A stretch of 64,000 nt of DNA from Eubacteriales bacterium (GTDB lineage Bacteria; Bacillota; Clostridia; Oscillospirales; CAG-272): assembly GCA_045589215.1 (NCBI GenBank), contig JAZNOQ010000085.1, positions 4,348-68,347 on the forward strand, in the 5' to 3' direction. Position 1 is the stretch's first letter. Every line of letters starts with the position of its first letter. Under the pieces are notes generated by a model. That model worked only from the letters and a program-made list of their open reading frames with translations. It did no database searches and was not told the DNA's origin. The position numbers and the translations under genes are program-made. This document shows positions 26,131 through 35,250 of this stretch, piece after piece.

Positions 26131-28266
26131 ATGAAAAAGAAAATAATTGCACTCCTGTTTGCGCTTGTGTTTGCCTTGAGTGCACTTGCTCTTCCTGCGA
26201 GCGCTGCATCGCCGTATCAGACCTATACGTATTCGATCAACGGTACTCCGTTGCATTCTCCTGATGCGTATACTCCGATCAAGGTAATGGATTCCGACAC
26301 CATGGGCCTCGAGCTCGTGATGAAAAATCCGACCGACCTTGTCGTTGACGACGATCTGAATATCTATATCGCGGATAGAGATAACAACAGAATCCTTGTA
26401 AACGACCGCTACGGAAAGAATAAGTTCATCATCGAGACCTTTATCAACGAAGATGGTGTCCCCGATGAGCTTACGCATCCGCAGGGACTCTTCGTCACCG
26501 AAGATAAGATCTACGTTTGCGATACCGAAGCAGCTCGAATCGTAACCTTCGACCTAGAAGGTAATTTCCTTTCGGTTATTCCTGCCCCTGAAAGCGCACT
26601 GTTTGACGAGGGCTCGATCTATTCGCCGATCGCGATCGCGGTCGATAAGTACGACAGACTCTTTGTCGTTTCGCGTGACACCTATCAGGGTATCATCGTT
26701 ATGACGAGTGACGGTATGTTTACCGGATTTATCGGTGCACAGGCGGTCTCGCTTACCTTTTGGGAGATGATGATCCGTCGATTCCAAACCGATGAGCAGA
26801 GAGCACAGAGTGTTCTCAACGTCTCGGTTTCCTACAATAACATCGCCGTTACCGAAGAGGGCTTCGTTTACGCGACCACCTCTTACATCGACGAGGCTAA
26901 AGTACAGTCCTTCATTAAGAGTAAGTCGAGTAGCGGTAAATATTCGCCGGTTAAGCTCCTGAATGCAAAGGGCGACGAGATCATGAAGCGTAACGGCTTC
27001 TGGCCGCCTGCCGGTGAGGTCGATATGACCAGAGCGTCCTCTGCCGATACAATTAGCGGTCCTTCGACCGTTATAGACGTCGCGGTCGGACCTCAGAAGA
27101 CCTGGTCGATCGTCGACTCCAAGCGAAACAAAATCTTTACCTATGACTTTAACGGTAACCTTCTTTATGCCTTTGGCGATACCGGTCAGCAGATCGGTAG
27201 CCTTATGAGCGTCACGTCGATCGTTTATCAGGGAGACACGATGCTCGTGCTCGACAAATCGAACTGTACCATTACGGTATATGAGCGAACCGAGTACGGC
27301 GATATTCTGATCGATGCGATCACAAACCAGAACGCACAGCTCTATGATAGTGCTGTTGCCGACTGGACGGAGATCCTGAAGCGTAACTCCAACTTTGACG
27401 CCGCTTACGTCGGCATCGGTAATGCGCTGTACCGTGACGGTGCTTTTGAGGAATCTTTGGCATATTACAGAGCTGCTTACGATACCACGAACTATTCGAA
27501 GGCGTATCAGGAGATCCGTAAGGAATGGATCTCCGATTGGATCATCCTTCTTCCGATCGTTGTCGTTGTGGCAGTAGTCCTGTGGGTACTGCTGATGCGT
27601 TACGCCAAGAAGGTCAACGGAAGAGCGGCAGTTACCGGAGGAAAGCGCACCTTCAAGGAGGAGCTTCTGTATTGCTTCCACACGATGTTCCATCCGTTCG
27701 ACGGTTATTGGGATCTGAAGCACGAAAAGCGCGGCTCGATTCGGGCATCCCTCGTGTTTATCGGTATCACGATCCTTGCGTTCTATTATCAGAATATCGG
27801 TACGGGTTATATCAGCAATCCCAGAGAGAACTATTCGTCCTTCGTTGCACAGATCACGGGCGTTCTGCTCCCGCTGTTCCTGTTTGTCATCGGCAACTGG
27901 TGTCTTACCACGCTGTTTGAGGGCGAGGGCAGCATGAAGGATATCTTCATCGCAACCGCCTACTCTCTTGTACCGCTTCCCTTTTTCATCGTTCTTTCTA
28001 CGATGTTCTCAAACGTGGCACTCAAGGCAGAGCTTGATATGGTCAATATGCTCGTTACCGTTGCGTTTATCTGGGTCGGTCTCCTGCTCTTCTTCGGCGT
28101 CATGACCGTCCACGACTATTCGCTCGGAAAGAACGTCCTGACAATCATCGGAACACTTGCAGCGATGATCTTCATTATGTTTATCGCACTTCTGTTCACA
28201 ACGCTTCTCAGTAAGGTTATCGGCCTTATCTCGAATATCATCACCGAAATCAGCTATCGCTTATAA
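26131..28266 (+). CDS. secreted NHL-repeat beta-propeller / TPR-like linker / C-terminal Yip1-domain polytopic membrane protein
   Basis: Signal peptide (ALSALALPASA|AS). Repeated NHL-like blades are present (LNIYIADRDNNRILV, KIYVCDTEAARIVTFD, RLFVVSRDTYQGIIVM, KIFTYDFNGNLLYAFG). A TPR-like helix pair (GNALYRDGAFEESLAYYRAAYD) is followed by about 6 TM helices resembling Yip1. Confidence 0.65.
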   Translation: MKKKIIALLFALVFALSALALPASAASPYQTYTYSINGTPLHSPDAYTPIKVMDSDTMGLELVMKNPTDLVVDDDLNIYIADRDNNRILVNDRYGKNKFIIETFINEDGVPDELTHPQGLFVTEDKIYVCDTEAARIVTFDLEGNFLSVIPAPESALFDEGSIYSPIAIAVDKYDRLFVVSRDTYQGIIVMTSDGMFTGFIGAQAVSLTFWEMMIRRFQTDEQRAQSVLNVSVSYNNIAVTEEGFVYATTSYIDEAKVQSFIKSKSSSGKYSPVKLLNAKGDEIMKRNGFWPPAGEVDMTRASSADTISGPSTVIDVAVGPQKTWSIVDSKRNKIFTYDFNGNLLYAFGDTGQQIGSLMSVTSIVYQGDTMLVLDKSNCTITVYERTEYGDILIDAITNQNAQLYDSAVADWTEILKRNSNFDAAYVGIGNALYRDGAFEESLAYYRAAYDTTNYSKAYQEIRKEWISDWIILLPIVVVVAVVLWVLLMRYAKKVNGRAAVTGGKRTFKEELLYCFHTMFHPFDGYWDLKHEKRGSIRASLVFIGITILAFYYQNIGTGYISNPRENYSSFVAQITGVLLPLFLFVIGNWCLTTLFEGEGSMKDIFIATAYSLVPLPFFIVLSTMFSNVALKAELDMVNMLVTVAFIWVGLLLFFGVMTVHDYSLGKNVLTIIGTLAAMIFIMFIALLFTTLLSKVIGLISNIITEISYRL

Positions 28267-28289
28267 CAAACCGGAGGATATAGAAAATT

Positions 28290-31200
28290 ATGAAATTCAG
28301 AAGAATAATTTCAATGTTCCTGGCCGTATTGTTTGTGATCGGTACGTGCTCGGTGACGATCGGTGCAGCCGATACGTCCACGGGAACATCGAATTCGTCC
28401 TCCTCCGGTACTGTTGCGGAGAAGGTAACGTATAGCTATTACACCAACAGTAGTCCAAACCCTGAGGATGCTACCGTCCAGTATTTCGTTGATAAGGATC
28501 TCGAATGGACGGAGGCGAAGGTGTTTGACACTCCGAACGAAAAGCTCCAAACGATGGATCTTCGTCTTCAGCAGAACGGATATCAGCTGTATGTAGACGA
28601 ATACTCGGGTGAGGTGGCTTGCAGAAACCTTACCACCGAGGAGATCCTCTTCACGAACCCTTATAATATCGGTGCTTCTACGGCAAAGGGCAATCAGCTG
28701 TACGAGCTAATGTCGCAGATCCTCGTTGAGTATACCGATAAATCGACCGGCGTTACGACGACCTTCACCAGCTTTAAGGAAACCTCGGTCAGAGGTCAGC
28801 TCAAGGTGAAGAACATCAAGAACGGTCTCCGTGTTGAATATACCGTCGGTCGTGAGGAAGCGAAGATGCTCGTTCCGAGACTGATCGAAAAGACCCGCTT
28901 TGAAACCAAGATCCAGTCCGTGCTCGAAGAGGCACTTGTTGCCGAGGGTGAAGTCGGTCGTCTTAAGATCAATAAGGTCGTAAAGTGGTATAAGCTTTAC
29001 GATATCTCGCAGGCGACCAACGACATTGAATACGACTCGATGATCGCGATTGTTCCGATCGCAAGAGAGATGCCGGTATACAGTATCGACGAGTCTGTAA
29101 CCTCGGTTCAGCTTGCCGCGATCGAAATGCTCATCAAGACCTACGCATCCTCGTACACCTACGAGGATCTGGATTACGACCACGAGCTCACCGAATACGA
29201 GGGCGAGGAACAGAACCCGCCGCTCTTTAAGATGGCGCTTGAGTACATCATTTCGGACGAGGGACTTACCGTTACGCTTCCCGCAAACGGTCTCCGTTTC
29301 GACGAGTCTCGTTACACGCTTGAAAACATCTCCGTCCTGCCCTATATGGGTGCAGGTATGTCGCCCAACGAAGGTTATACCTTCTTCCCGGACGGCTCCG
29401 GTGCGCTCTTCGACTTTGAGGAGCTGCGTCAGCTGTCCTCGACCAGCATCAGCGGCCAGGTTTACGGCGTTGACTACGCATATCAGACCATTGCGGCGAC
29501 CCACCAGGAGACCATTCGCTATCCTGTATTCGGCGTCGTAGAGGTTCAGCAGCTCGAGAAGCTTGCTCCTGACCTTTCGATCCGGGAATATGAGCAGGAT
29601 CGCGGTTTCGTTGCGATCATTACTGAGGGTGACTCGATGGCAAAGCTTACCTCCGTACACGGCGGTAAGACGACGCACGAATATCACTCGGTCAAAATGA
29701 CCTACTACCCGCGTCCGAAGGACTCCTACAACCTGAAGGATGCGCTTTCGTCGACTTCTAACGGTAGCGGCGCTATGTGGGAAGTCGTTTCCTCGAGAAA
29801 GTACACCGGCAACTATACCGTGAAGTACGTAATGCTGACCGATACCGACGTCGCAGAGCAGATACAGCACGATATGGGTGAGGGAGAGACCTTTGATTAC
29901 TACGAATGCTCCTATATGGGTATGGCATCGGCGTATCGCGATTATCTCCTCGATACCGGCGTTCTGACTCCCCTTACGGAAGAGGATATCAGCGACGATA
30001 TCCCGCTTTACATCAATACCTTCGGTGCGATCGAGACGACTCAGAAGATCATGTCGATCCCCGTTGATGTAACCGTTGCTTTGACCTCCTTCAAGGACGT
30101 TGCGGAAATGTACGCACAGCTCGAGAAGGTTGGCATTACCAATGTAAACTTCAAGCTTACGGGTTACTCAAACGGCGGTATGTACGCGACTGTTCCGTAT
30201 TACCTCGATTGGGAAAAGGCCGTCGGCGGTGACAACGGCTTTGAGGCACTCCTCGACGACGCAAACAAGAAGGGCTATAAGGTCTTCCCGGACTTTGACT
30301 TCGTTTACGTTTCCGAAACCGGAATGATCGACGGTCTCGCACTTCGTAAACACGTCGTTAAGAGTATCGACAACCGTTACACCAGCCGTCGTGAATACTC
30401 TGCGACCAAGCAGGCGTTTGTCAGCTACTTCGAACTTTGTATCTCGCCCGCTTACTACGATCACTTCTACGAGAAGCTCACGACGAACTATCTGAAGCAC
30501 TTCGAAGATACCGATTATAACACCTCGATCTCGATCGGAACGCTCGGCTCCGAGCTGAACTCGGACTTCGATGAAGACGATCCGTTTAACCGTGAGGACT
30601 CGAAGCAGTCTACGATCAAGGCGTTTAAGTATTTCGACGAGAATTACGATTACGTAATGACCAATGGCGGTAACGCTTATACTTGGAAGTACGTAGATTA
30701 CATTCTCGATGTGCCGCTTGATTCGAGCCGCTTCATCAGAGCAAGCGCGTCGGTTCCCTTTATGGGTATCGTTCTCCACGGATATGTTCAGTTCTCCGGA
30801 ACGCCTATCAATATGGAGGGTAATCTCAATTACGCATTCCTGAAGGCGATCGAGAACGGTGCTTCCGTAAACTTCGTTCTTTCTTATCAGAATACGACTA
30901 CGCTGAAGAATGATATGCGTCTCAGCAAGTATTATTCGATTCGTTACGATATCTGGTTCGATGACGTTGTAACGATCTACAATAACCTGAATTCGCTCCT
31001 TTCTGACGTACAGCTTGAGACCATCGTTGATCACGAATTTATCGACGCACTTCGTGTTGCCGATCTTGACGAGGCAAAGAATGATCTCGACGCGGCGATC
31101 CTCGATTCGATCGAGGCAGAGCGTGAGGCTCTTGATAAGCAGAAGCTCGAAGAAATACAGACCATTCTGAATGCACGTCAGCTGATCCGTATCAACAGCG

Positions 31201-33017
31201 CGGCTGTTACCGCAGAGCTTGAAAAGCTGATGGGATACAAGGAATCGCTTATTTTGAAGCTCGGCTATGTCGAGAACGAGGATGGTGTTTCCTACACCAG
31301 CGGTGAGCTTGCACTTGCGATCAATAACTTTAACGCCGCAGTTCAGAATTATATCAAGGTTTACAACGGCGGTGACTGTGGTGCCAATGAGACCACGGGA
31401 ACCTCCGCAATTCTGGGTGACGCAGCCCGTGCGATGAACAATGCGGCGGCAGAGCTGCAGAAGTTCTACGATCAGGCGCAGAACGGTTCGGTCAACTATA
31501 TTGCCAACCAGGCGTATACCGCTGAGCTTGCAGCACGCGAGGCATATGAGAATGCAATCGCGGCATACGAAATCCTCGCTGCTACATCTGCAGTTTCGGA
31601 TTACATCAGAGAGCTCGCATGGGGACTTGTCGAGGATACCGCTGAGGCGGTAGCGACCATCGGCTCGATCGCGCCCAGCGTTTACGAAATGGCACAGGAC
31701 GCATACGATTATGCGATCAGCGGTGCCGCAACTCTGACCGATGCGAACGGTGATGCGATCTGCGAGATCAGCACCTATCAGTTCTACCTCTACGCACTTT
31801 GCGGTTACCTCGGTGTACAGCCGACCGTAAAGATCGATCCGAAGAACGTGCTTCGTTGCTATGAGATCGGCCTCATTAAGAGCGATCTTACGGCAAAGGC
31901 AGCGCTTGATCAGATCTGCAATATCTTGAAGATTGAGGACGCAACGGTTGCTCCTGATTATGCGGCTCTCTTTGCAGGCTATCTGAGCAAGTCCGGTCAG
32001 GTCGGATTTGAAACCAGATACAACACCTTCGCCGAAAGATGGCAGGAATATCAGGAGATCTACGAGCGATATAAGAACAAGAAGGCGACCTCGATTGATC
32101 TCGCGAATGCTCTGACTCCTTTGATGAATGCTGCAATTTACCTCAACACCGAATTCGGCTATTTCGTCGATCTGTTTGAGGCTTCGCCCAAGTCTGCGAA
32201 CAGCATCATTACCTTCTACGAGAATTCGCTTGATCTTCAGGCTCAGGCGAATGCCTTCTCGGCTGCATTTGCGGCTTGCTATGCTGCGGAAAATCCGTCC
32301 TCGGCACAGCTGAAGACGCTTGCCGATGCGGCGAAGATGCTCTCTGCATCCTTCGATACGATTTCCGACGATTATGCGATCGTTCCGAGCGATTCCGCAA
32401 CCGGTATCAACTCGTATGCTAAGAATGCCGAAAAGCATATGACGGTTCTTAAGAACGCTATGGAGACTGCGAAGTCGGTGCTTGCAACGCTTCAGAGGAC
32501 CCCGATCGCCGAGGGTGAAGAGGGCTATGCAGAGCGTCAGGCAGCGATCGCTTTGGCCCTTGAATACGTTCAGTATACCGAACGCAATTACAACGAAGTT
32601 GAAGCGGCTGCTAACGAGGTTGTTGATCTTGCGGAGAAGGCTTACGAAGAAGCTTCGAAGATCGATGAGGTTGTGAAGTACTGCAAGGCGGTCGAAGAGG
32701 TGACCTTTGCTGCAGAGGAGGATGAACGCCTTCTCGACGTGGCTCCCAAGTTCATCGAGCTTCTCCATCCGTACGATTATATCGCTCCGGAGGTAGAGGA
32801 GGAGATCCTTGAGGATGAGGAAGAGGTATATAACAAGTACAGCTCGGATAAGAACAGTGTCGTGCTTGTAACCTATTCGAACGGAACCAGATTCCTGTTG
32901 AATTATTGCAACTATGCAATCGTGGTGGAAATCGACGGAGTTTCTTACCGCGTGGAATCTCAGAGCTATCAAAAGATTCCCGTGGTGGAAAGTGAGGTAG
33001 AAGACAATGACCAGTGA
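28290..33017 (+). CDS. 1575-aa secreted DUF5696-like protein (putative glycan-processing TIM-barrel core) with ~600-aa Ala-rich all-helical C-terminal extension
   Basis: Signal peptide (FLAVLFVIGTCSVTIGA|AD). The core has FPDGSGALFDF, TGYSNGGMY..WEKAVGG, FPDFDFVYV, IGTLGSELNSDF and VPFMGIVLHGY. Residues ~900-1500 are Ala/Glu/Leu-rich helices, followed by a small terminal beta domain. The DUF5696 label is from memory. Confidence 0.55.
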   Translation: MKFRRIISMFLAVLFVIGTCSVTIGAADTSTGTSNSSSSGTVAEKVTYSYYTNSSPNPEDATVQYFVDKDLEWTEAKVFDTPNEKLQTMDLRLQQNGYQLYVDEYSGEVACRNLTTEEILFTNPYNIGASTAKGNQLYELMSQILVEYTDKSTGVTTTFTSFKETSVRGQLKVKNIKNGLRVEYTVGREEAKMLVPRLIEKTRFETKIQSVLEEALVAEGEVGRLKINKVVKWYKLYDISQATNDIEYDSMIAIVPIAREMPVYSIDESVTSVQLAAIEMLIKTYASSYTYEDLDYDHELTEYEGEEQNPPLFKMALEYIISDEGLTVTLPANGLRFDESRYTLENISVLPYMGAGMSPNEGYTFFPDGSGALFDFEELRQLSSTSISGQVYGVDYAYQTIAATHQETIRYPVFGVVEVQQLEKLAPDLSIREYEQDRGFVAIITEGDSMAKLTSVHGGKTTHEYHSVKMTYYPRPKDSYNLKDALSSTSNGSGAMWEVVSSRKYTGNYTVKYVMLTDTDVAEQIQHDMGEGETFDYYECSYMGMASAYRDYLLDTGVLTPLTEEDISDDIPLYINTFGAIETTQKIMSIPVDVTVALTSFKDVAEMYAQLEKVGITNVNFKLTGYSNGGMYATVPYYLDWEKAVGGDNGFEALLDDANKKGYKVFPDFDFVYVSETGMIDGLALRKHVVKSIDNRYTSRREYSATKQAFVSYFELCISPAYYDHFYEKLTTNYLKHFEDTDYNTSISIGTLGSELNSDFDEDDPFNREDSKQSTIKAFKYFDENYDYVMTNGGNAYTWKYVDYILDVPLDSSRFIRASASVPFMGIVLHGYVQFSGTPINMEGNLNYAFLKAIENGASVNFVLSYQNTTTLKNDMRLSKYYSIRYDIWFDDVVTIYNNLNSLLSDVQLETIVDHEFIDALRVADLDEAKNDLDAAILDSIEAEREALDKQKLEEIQTILNARQLIRINSAAVTAELEKLMGYKESLILKLGYVENEDGVSYTSGELALAINNFNAAVQNYIKVYNGGDCGANETTGTSAILGDAARAMNNAAAELQKFYDQAQNGSVNYIANQAYTAELAAREAYENAIAAYEILAATSAVSDYIRELAWGLVEDTAEAVATIGSIAPSVYEMAQDAYDYAISGAATLTDANGDAICEISTYQFYLYALCGYLGVQPTVKIDPKNVLRCYEIGLIKSDLTAKAALDQICNILKIEDATVAPDYAALFAGYLSKSGQVGFETRYNTFAERWQEYQEIYERYKNKKATSIDLANALTPLMNAAIYLNTEFGYFVDLFEASPKSANSIITFYENSLDLQAQANAFSAAFAACYAAENPSSAQLKTLADAAKMLSASFDTISDDYAIVPSDSATGINSYAKNAEKHMTVLKNAMETAKSVLATLQRTPIAEGEEGYAERQAAIALALEYVQYTERNYNEVEAAANEVVDLAEKAYEEASKIDEVVKYCKAVEEVTFAAEEDERLLDVAPKFIELLHPYDYIAPEVEEEILEDEEEVYNKYSSDKNSVVLVTYSNGTRFLLNYCNYAIVVEIDGVSYRVESQSYQKIPVVESEVEDNDQ

Positions 33018-33969
33018 TATGAATCTTCAAAATACCGTAAGCACTCCGAAGTCGGGGAAGAAGAAAAAGGCTTCTTCCCTGAACGCCCGGAAGGCTCGCG
33101 CAGGTTGGTGGTTCGTTGCCCCCTTTATCGTGGGCTTTGTCCTGATCTATCTGCCGATCCTTATTGAGTCGATCACCTATACCTTCTGCGAGGTTACAAC
33201 TCTCGGCCCCGGTGAATTCGAAACGAAATTCGTCGGCTTCGAGAACTATCAGAATGCATTCTTGGTGGATGCGAAATTCGTTCCCACCCTGCTCGGGGGT
33301 CTGCAGACCCTTGCGCTGAATATCCCGATGATCGTTATTTTCTCACTCTTTATGGCGGTCATTCTCAACCAGAAGATGGTCGGTCGTACCTTCTTCCGTG
33401 CAGTATTCTTTATCCCCGTCGTTCTTTCGGTCGGTATTCTTGAGAACCTTGACCCGAACTTCGACCCCGGTGCCGACGGTATTTCGGACGGCTCGGGAGA
33501 GAATGCGACTGAGGACCTAGTCTCTGCATTTGACCTTGCAATGCTCTTCCAGAGTATGAAGATCGGGGAACAGCTTGTTCAGATCGTTGTTGATGCGATC
33601 AACGGCGTTCAGGAGATCATCAGCCGTTCGGGCGTACAGTTCCTGATCTTCTTGACCGGTCTGCAGTCGATCTCGCCTGCGATCTACGAGTCGTGTCAGA
33701 TCGACGGCGCGACCTCTTGGGAGACCTTCTGGAAGATCACTCTGCCGATGATATCACCGATGATCCTTGTTAATGCGATCTATACCGTCATTGACAGCTT
33801 TACGGTGAATAACGTAGTCATGGACTATGTTCTGAATTACAGCGCGAACGTTACGGATGGTATTGCTTCGGCAATGGCTTGGTCGTACGTCTTGATCGTT
33901 GTCGGAATCATTGGAATTGTGGCACTTCTGCTCAAGGGCTTTGTCTTCTATCAGAAGCGTGATGCATAA
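33007..33969 (+). CDS. carbohydrate ABC transporter permease (MalF-like), pair 2
   Basis: The start overlaps the upstream stop by 11 nt. EAA loop is YESCQIDGATSWETFWKITLPMISP. Confidence 0.85.
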   Translation: MTSDMNLQNTVSTPKSGKKKKASSLNARKARAGWWFVAPFIVGFVLIYLPILIESITYTFCEVTTLGPGEFETKFVGFENYQNAFLVDAKFVPTLLGGLQTLALNIPMIVIFSLFMAVILNQKMVGRTFFRAVFFIPVVLSVGILENLDPNFDPGADGISDGSGENATEDLVSAFDLAMLFQSMKIGEQLVQIVVDAINGVQEIISRSGVQFLIFLTGLQSISPAIYESCQIDGATSWETFWKITLPMISPMILVNAIYTVIDSFTVNNVVMDYVLNYSANVTDGIASAMAWSYVLIVVGIIGIVALLLKGFVFYQKRDA

Positions 33970-33987
33970 GGAAAGGAGGAAGAAGTA

Positions 33988-35106
33988 ATGAATCAAGAAA
34001 CGATGCCAAAGGTTAAAAAAGAAACGAAAAATAAAATTCGCGTTGAATTTGACAGAACTCCGCTGAAAGAGCGTCTGATGTCAAAGTTTCTCAGCCTGTT
34101 CTTTCTGAAGAAGGTTGTGTGGTATATTTTTCGTCTCGTCCTTCTGATTGGTATTGCATACGTAATCCTTTCTCCCTTCCTCACGATGCTTATGAGATCC
34201 TTCATGAGCCTCGACGATCTTGCTGACCCCACGGTCATGCTGATCCCGAAGCATTGGAACGTCAGGATATATAAGGAAGTCTGGACACAGAACGGATATC
34301 TTGAGGCCTTTGTCAATACCTTCATCCTCTCCGGCAGTACGGCGTTGATCCAGACGTTCGTCTGCTGTCTGATCGGATACGGTCTTGCAAAGTTCAAGTT
34401 CAAGGGCAACAAGCTGATCTTTTTCGCAGTCATCTTTACGATGATCGTTCCGCATCAGGCTCTTTACAGCTCAATGCACATCAATTTCTCCTCCTTTGAC
34501 GTTTTTGGAATCTTCCAATTCCTGAACGGAGGCGGAATCGATCTGTTCGGTATCACGACGATCAACAACAGCTTCTTCGAGATGATCGATATTTTCCCGG
34601 ACACCGATGCTTTTAATAAGGTGTTCCAGAAAAACGGTCTGAACTTGATCGGCTCGGACATCCCGATTTATCTGCTTTCGTTTACCGGACTTGCGTTTAA
34701 GAACGGTCTGTATATCTTTATGCTTCGTCAGTTCTATCAGGGCGTTCCGGATGAGCTTGAGGAATCGGCATATATGGATGGATCGGGTACCTTCCGAACC
34801 TTCATACAGATCATTCTGCCGCTGTCGATCCCGATGATGATCACGGTGTTCATTTTCGCGTTCTGCTGGCAGTGGACGGATGACTTCTATGCGCAGGCAT
34901 TCAATCCGACGAATAAGAGCCTGCTGATGGATGATGTCATTCAACCTCCGGTTACAATGTCCATAGAGGTTGCGGAGAACCCGGACTATAAGACCGTTAT
35001 CAACAATACGGCGGGTCTGATGGTGCTTGCACCGCTTTTGATCCTTTACTGCGCGGGACAGAAGTTCCTCGTACAGGGTATCGAAAGCTCCGGTCTTGCA
35101 AACTGA
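33988..35106 (+). CDS. carbohydrate ABC transporter permease (MalG-like, extended), pair 2
   Basis: GGAAAGGAGG RBS and EAA loop EESAYMDGSGTFRTFIQIILPLSIPM. At 372 aa it is longer than usual. Confidence 0.85.
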   Translation: MNQETMPKVKKETKNKIRVEFDRTPLKERLMSKFLSLFFLKKVVWYIFRLVLLIGIAYVILSPFLTMLMRSFMSLDDLADPTVMLIPKHWNVRIYKEVWTQNGYLEAFVNTFILSGSTALIQTFVCCLIGYGLAKFKFKGNKLIFFAVIFTMIVPHQALYSSMHINFSSFDVFGIFQFLNGGGIDLFGITTINNSFFEMIDIFPDTDAFNKVFQKNGLNLIGSDIPIYLLSFTGLAFKNGLYIFMLRQFYQGVPDELEESAYMDGSGTFRTFIQIILPLSIPMMITVFIFAFCWQWTDDFYAQAFNPTNKSLLMDDVIQPPVTMSIEVAENPDYKTVINNTAGLMVLAPLLILYCAGQKFLVQGIESSGLAN

Positions 35107-35141
35107 TCTAAATCTTGGTTTATCCCAAGAATTACCCTTAA

Positions 35142-35175
35142 GGGGGCTATCTCAACGAGGTAGCCCCCCTTTTTC
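35142..35175 (+). terminator. intrinsic terminator ending the seven-gene operon
   Basis: GGGGGCTAT-ctcaacgag-GTAGCCCCCC followed by TTTTT. Confidence 0.85.
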
Positions 35176-35176
35176 C

Positions 35177-35230
35177 AAAAACAAAAGAGCCATCGACGAC
35201 CGGCTTGCACGCCGTATCCGATGGCTCTCT
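35177..35230 (-). terminator. intrinsic terminator of the GDPD gene
   Basis: On the minus strand, the stem AGAGCCATCG...CGATGGCTCT is followed by TTTTGTTTTT. Confidence 0.7.
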
Positions 35231-35250
35231 TTGGTTTTGTTACGGTTATT

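Noticed and set aside
30168-32972. 934-aa ORF on the minus strand, fully antisense to the 1575-aa DUF5696-like gene.
   Set aside because: It is a shadow ORF. It has no RBS, its composition is Arg/Ile/Val/Leu-rich, and it has no recognisable motifs. The sense strand, by contrast, has a signal peptide, an RBS and domain-like blocks. Long stop-free antisense frames are expected with this codon bias.
33019-33021. Alternative start (ATG at 33019, 2 nt after the upstream stop) for the third permease gene.
   Set aside because: No purine-rich RBS precedes it, whereas the ATG at 33007 has GTGAGGT at suitable spacing. I kept 33007 but the choice is not certain.
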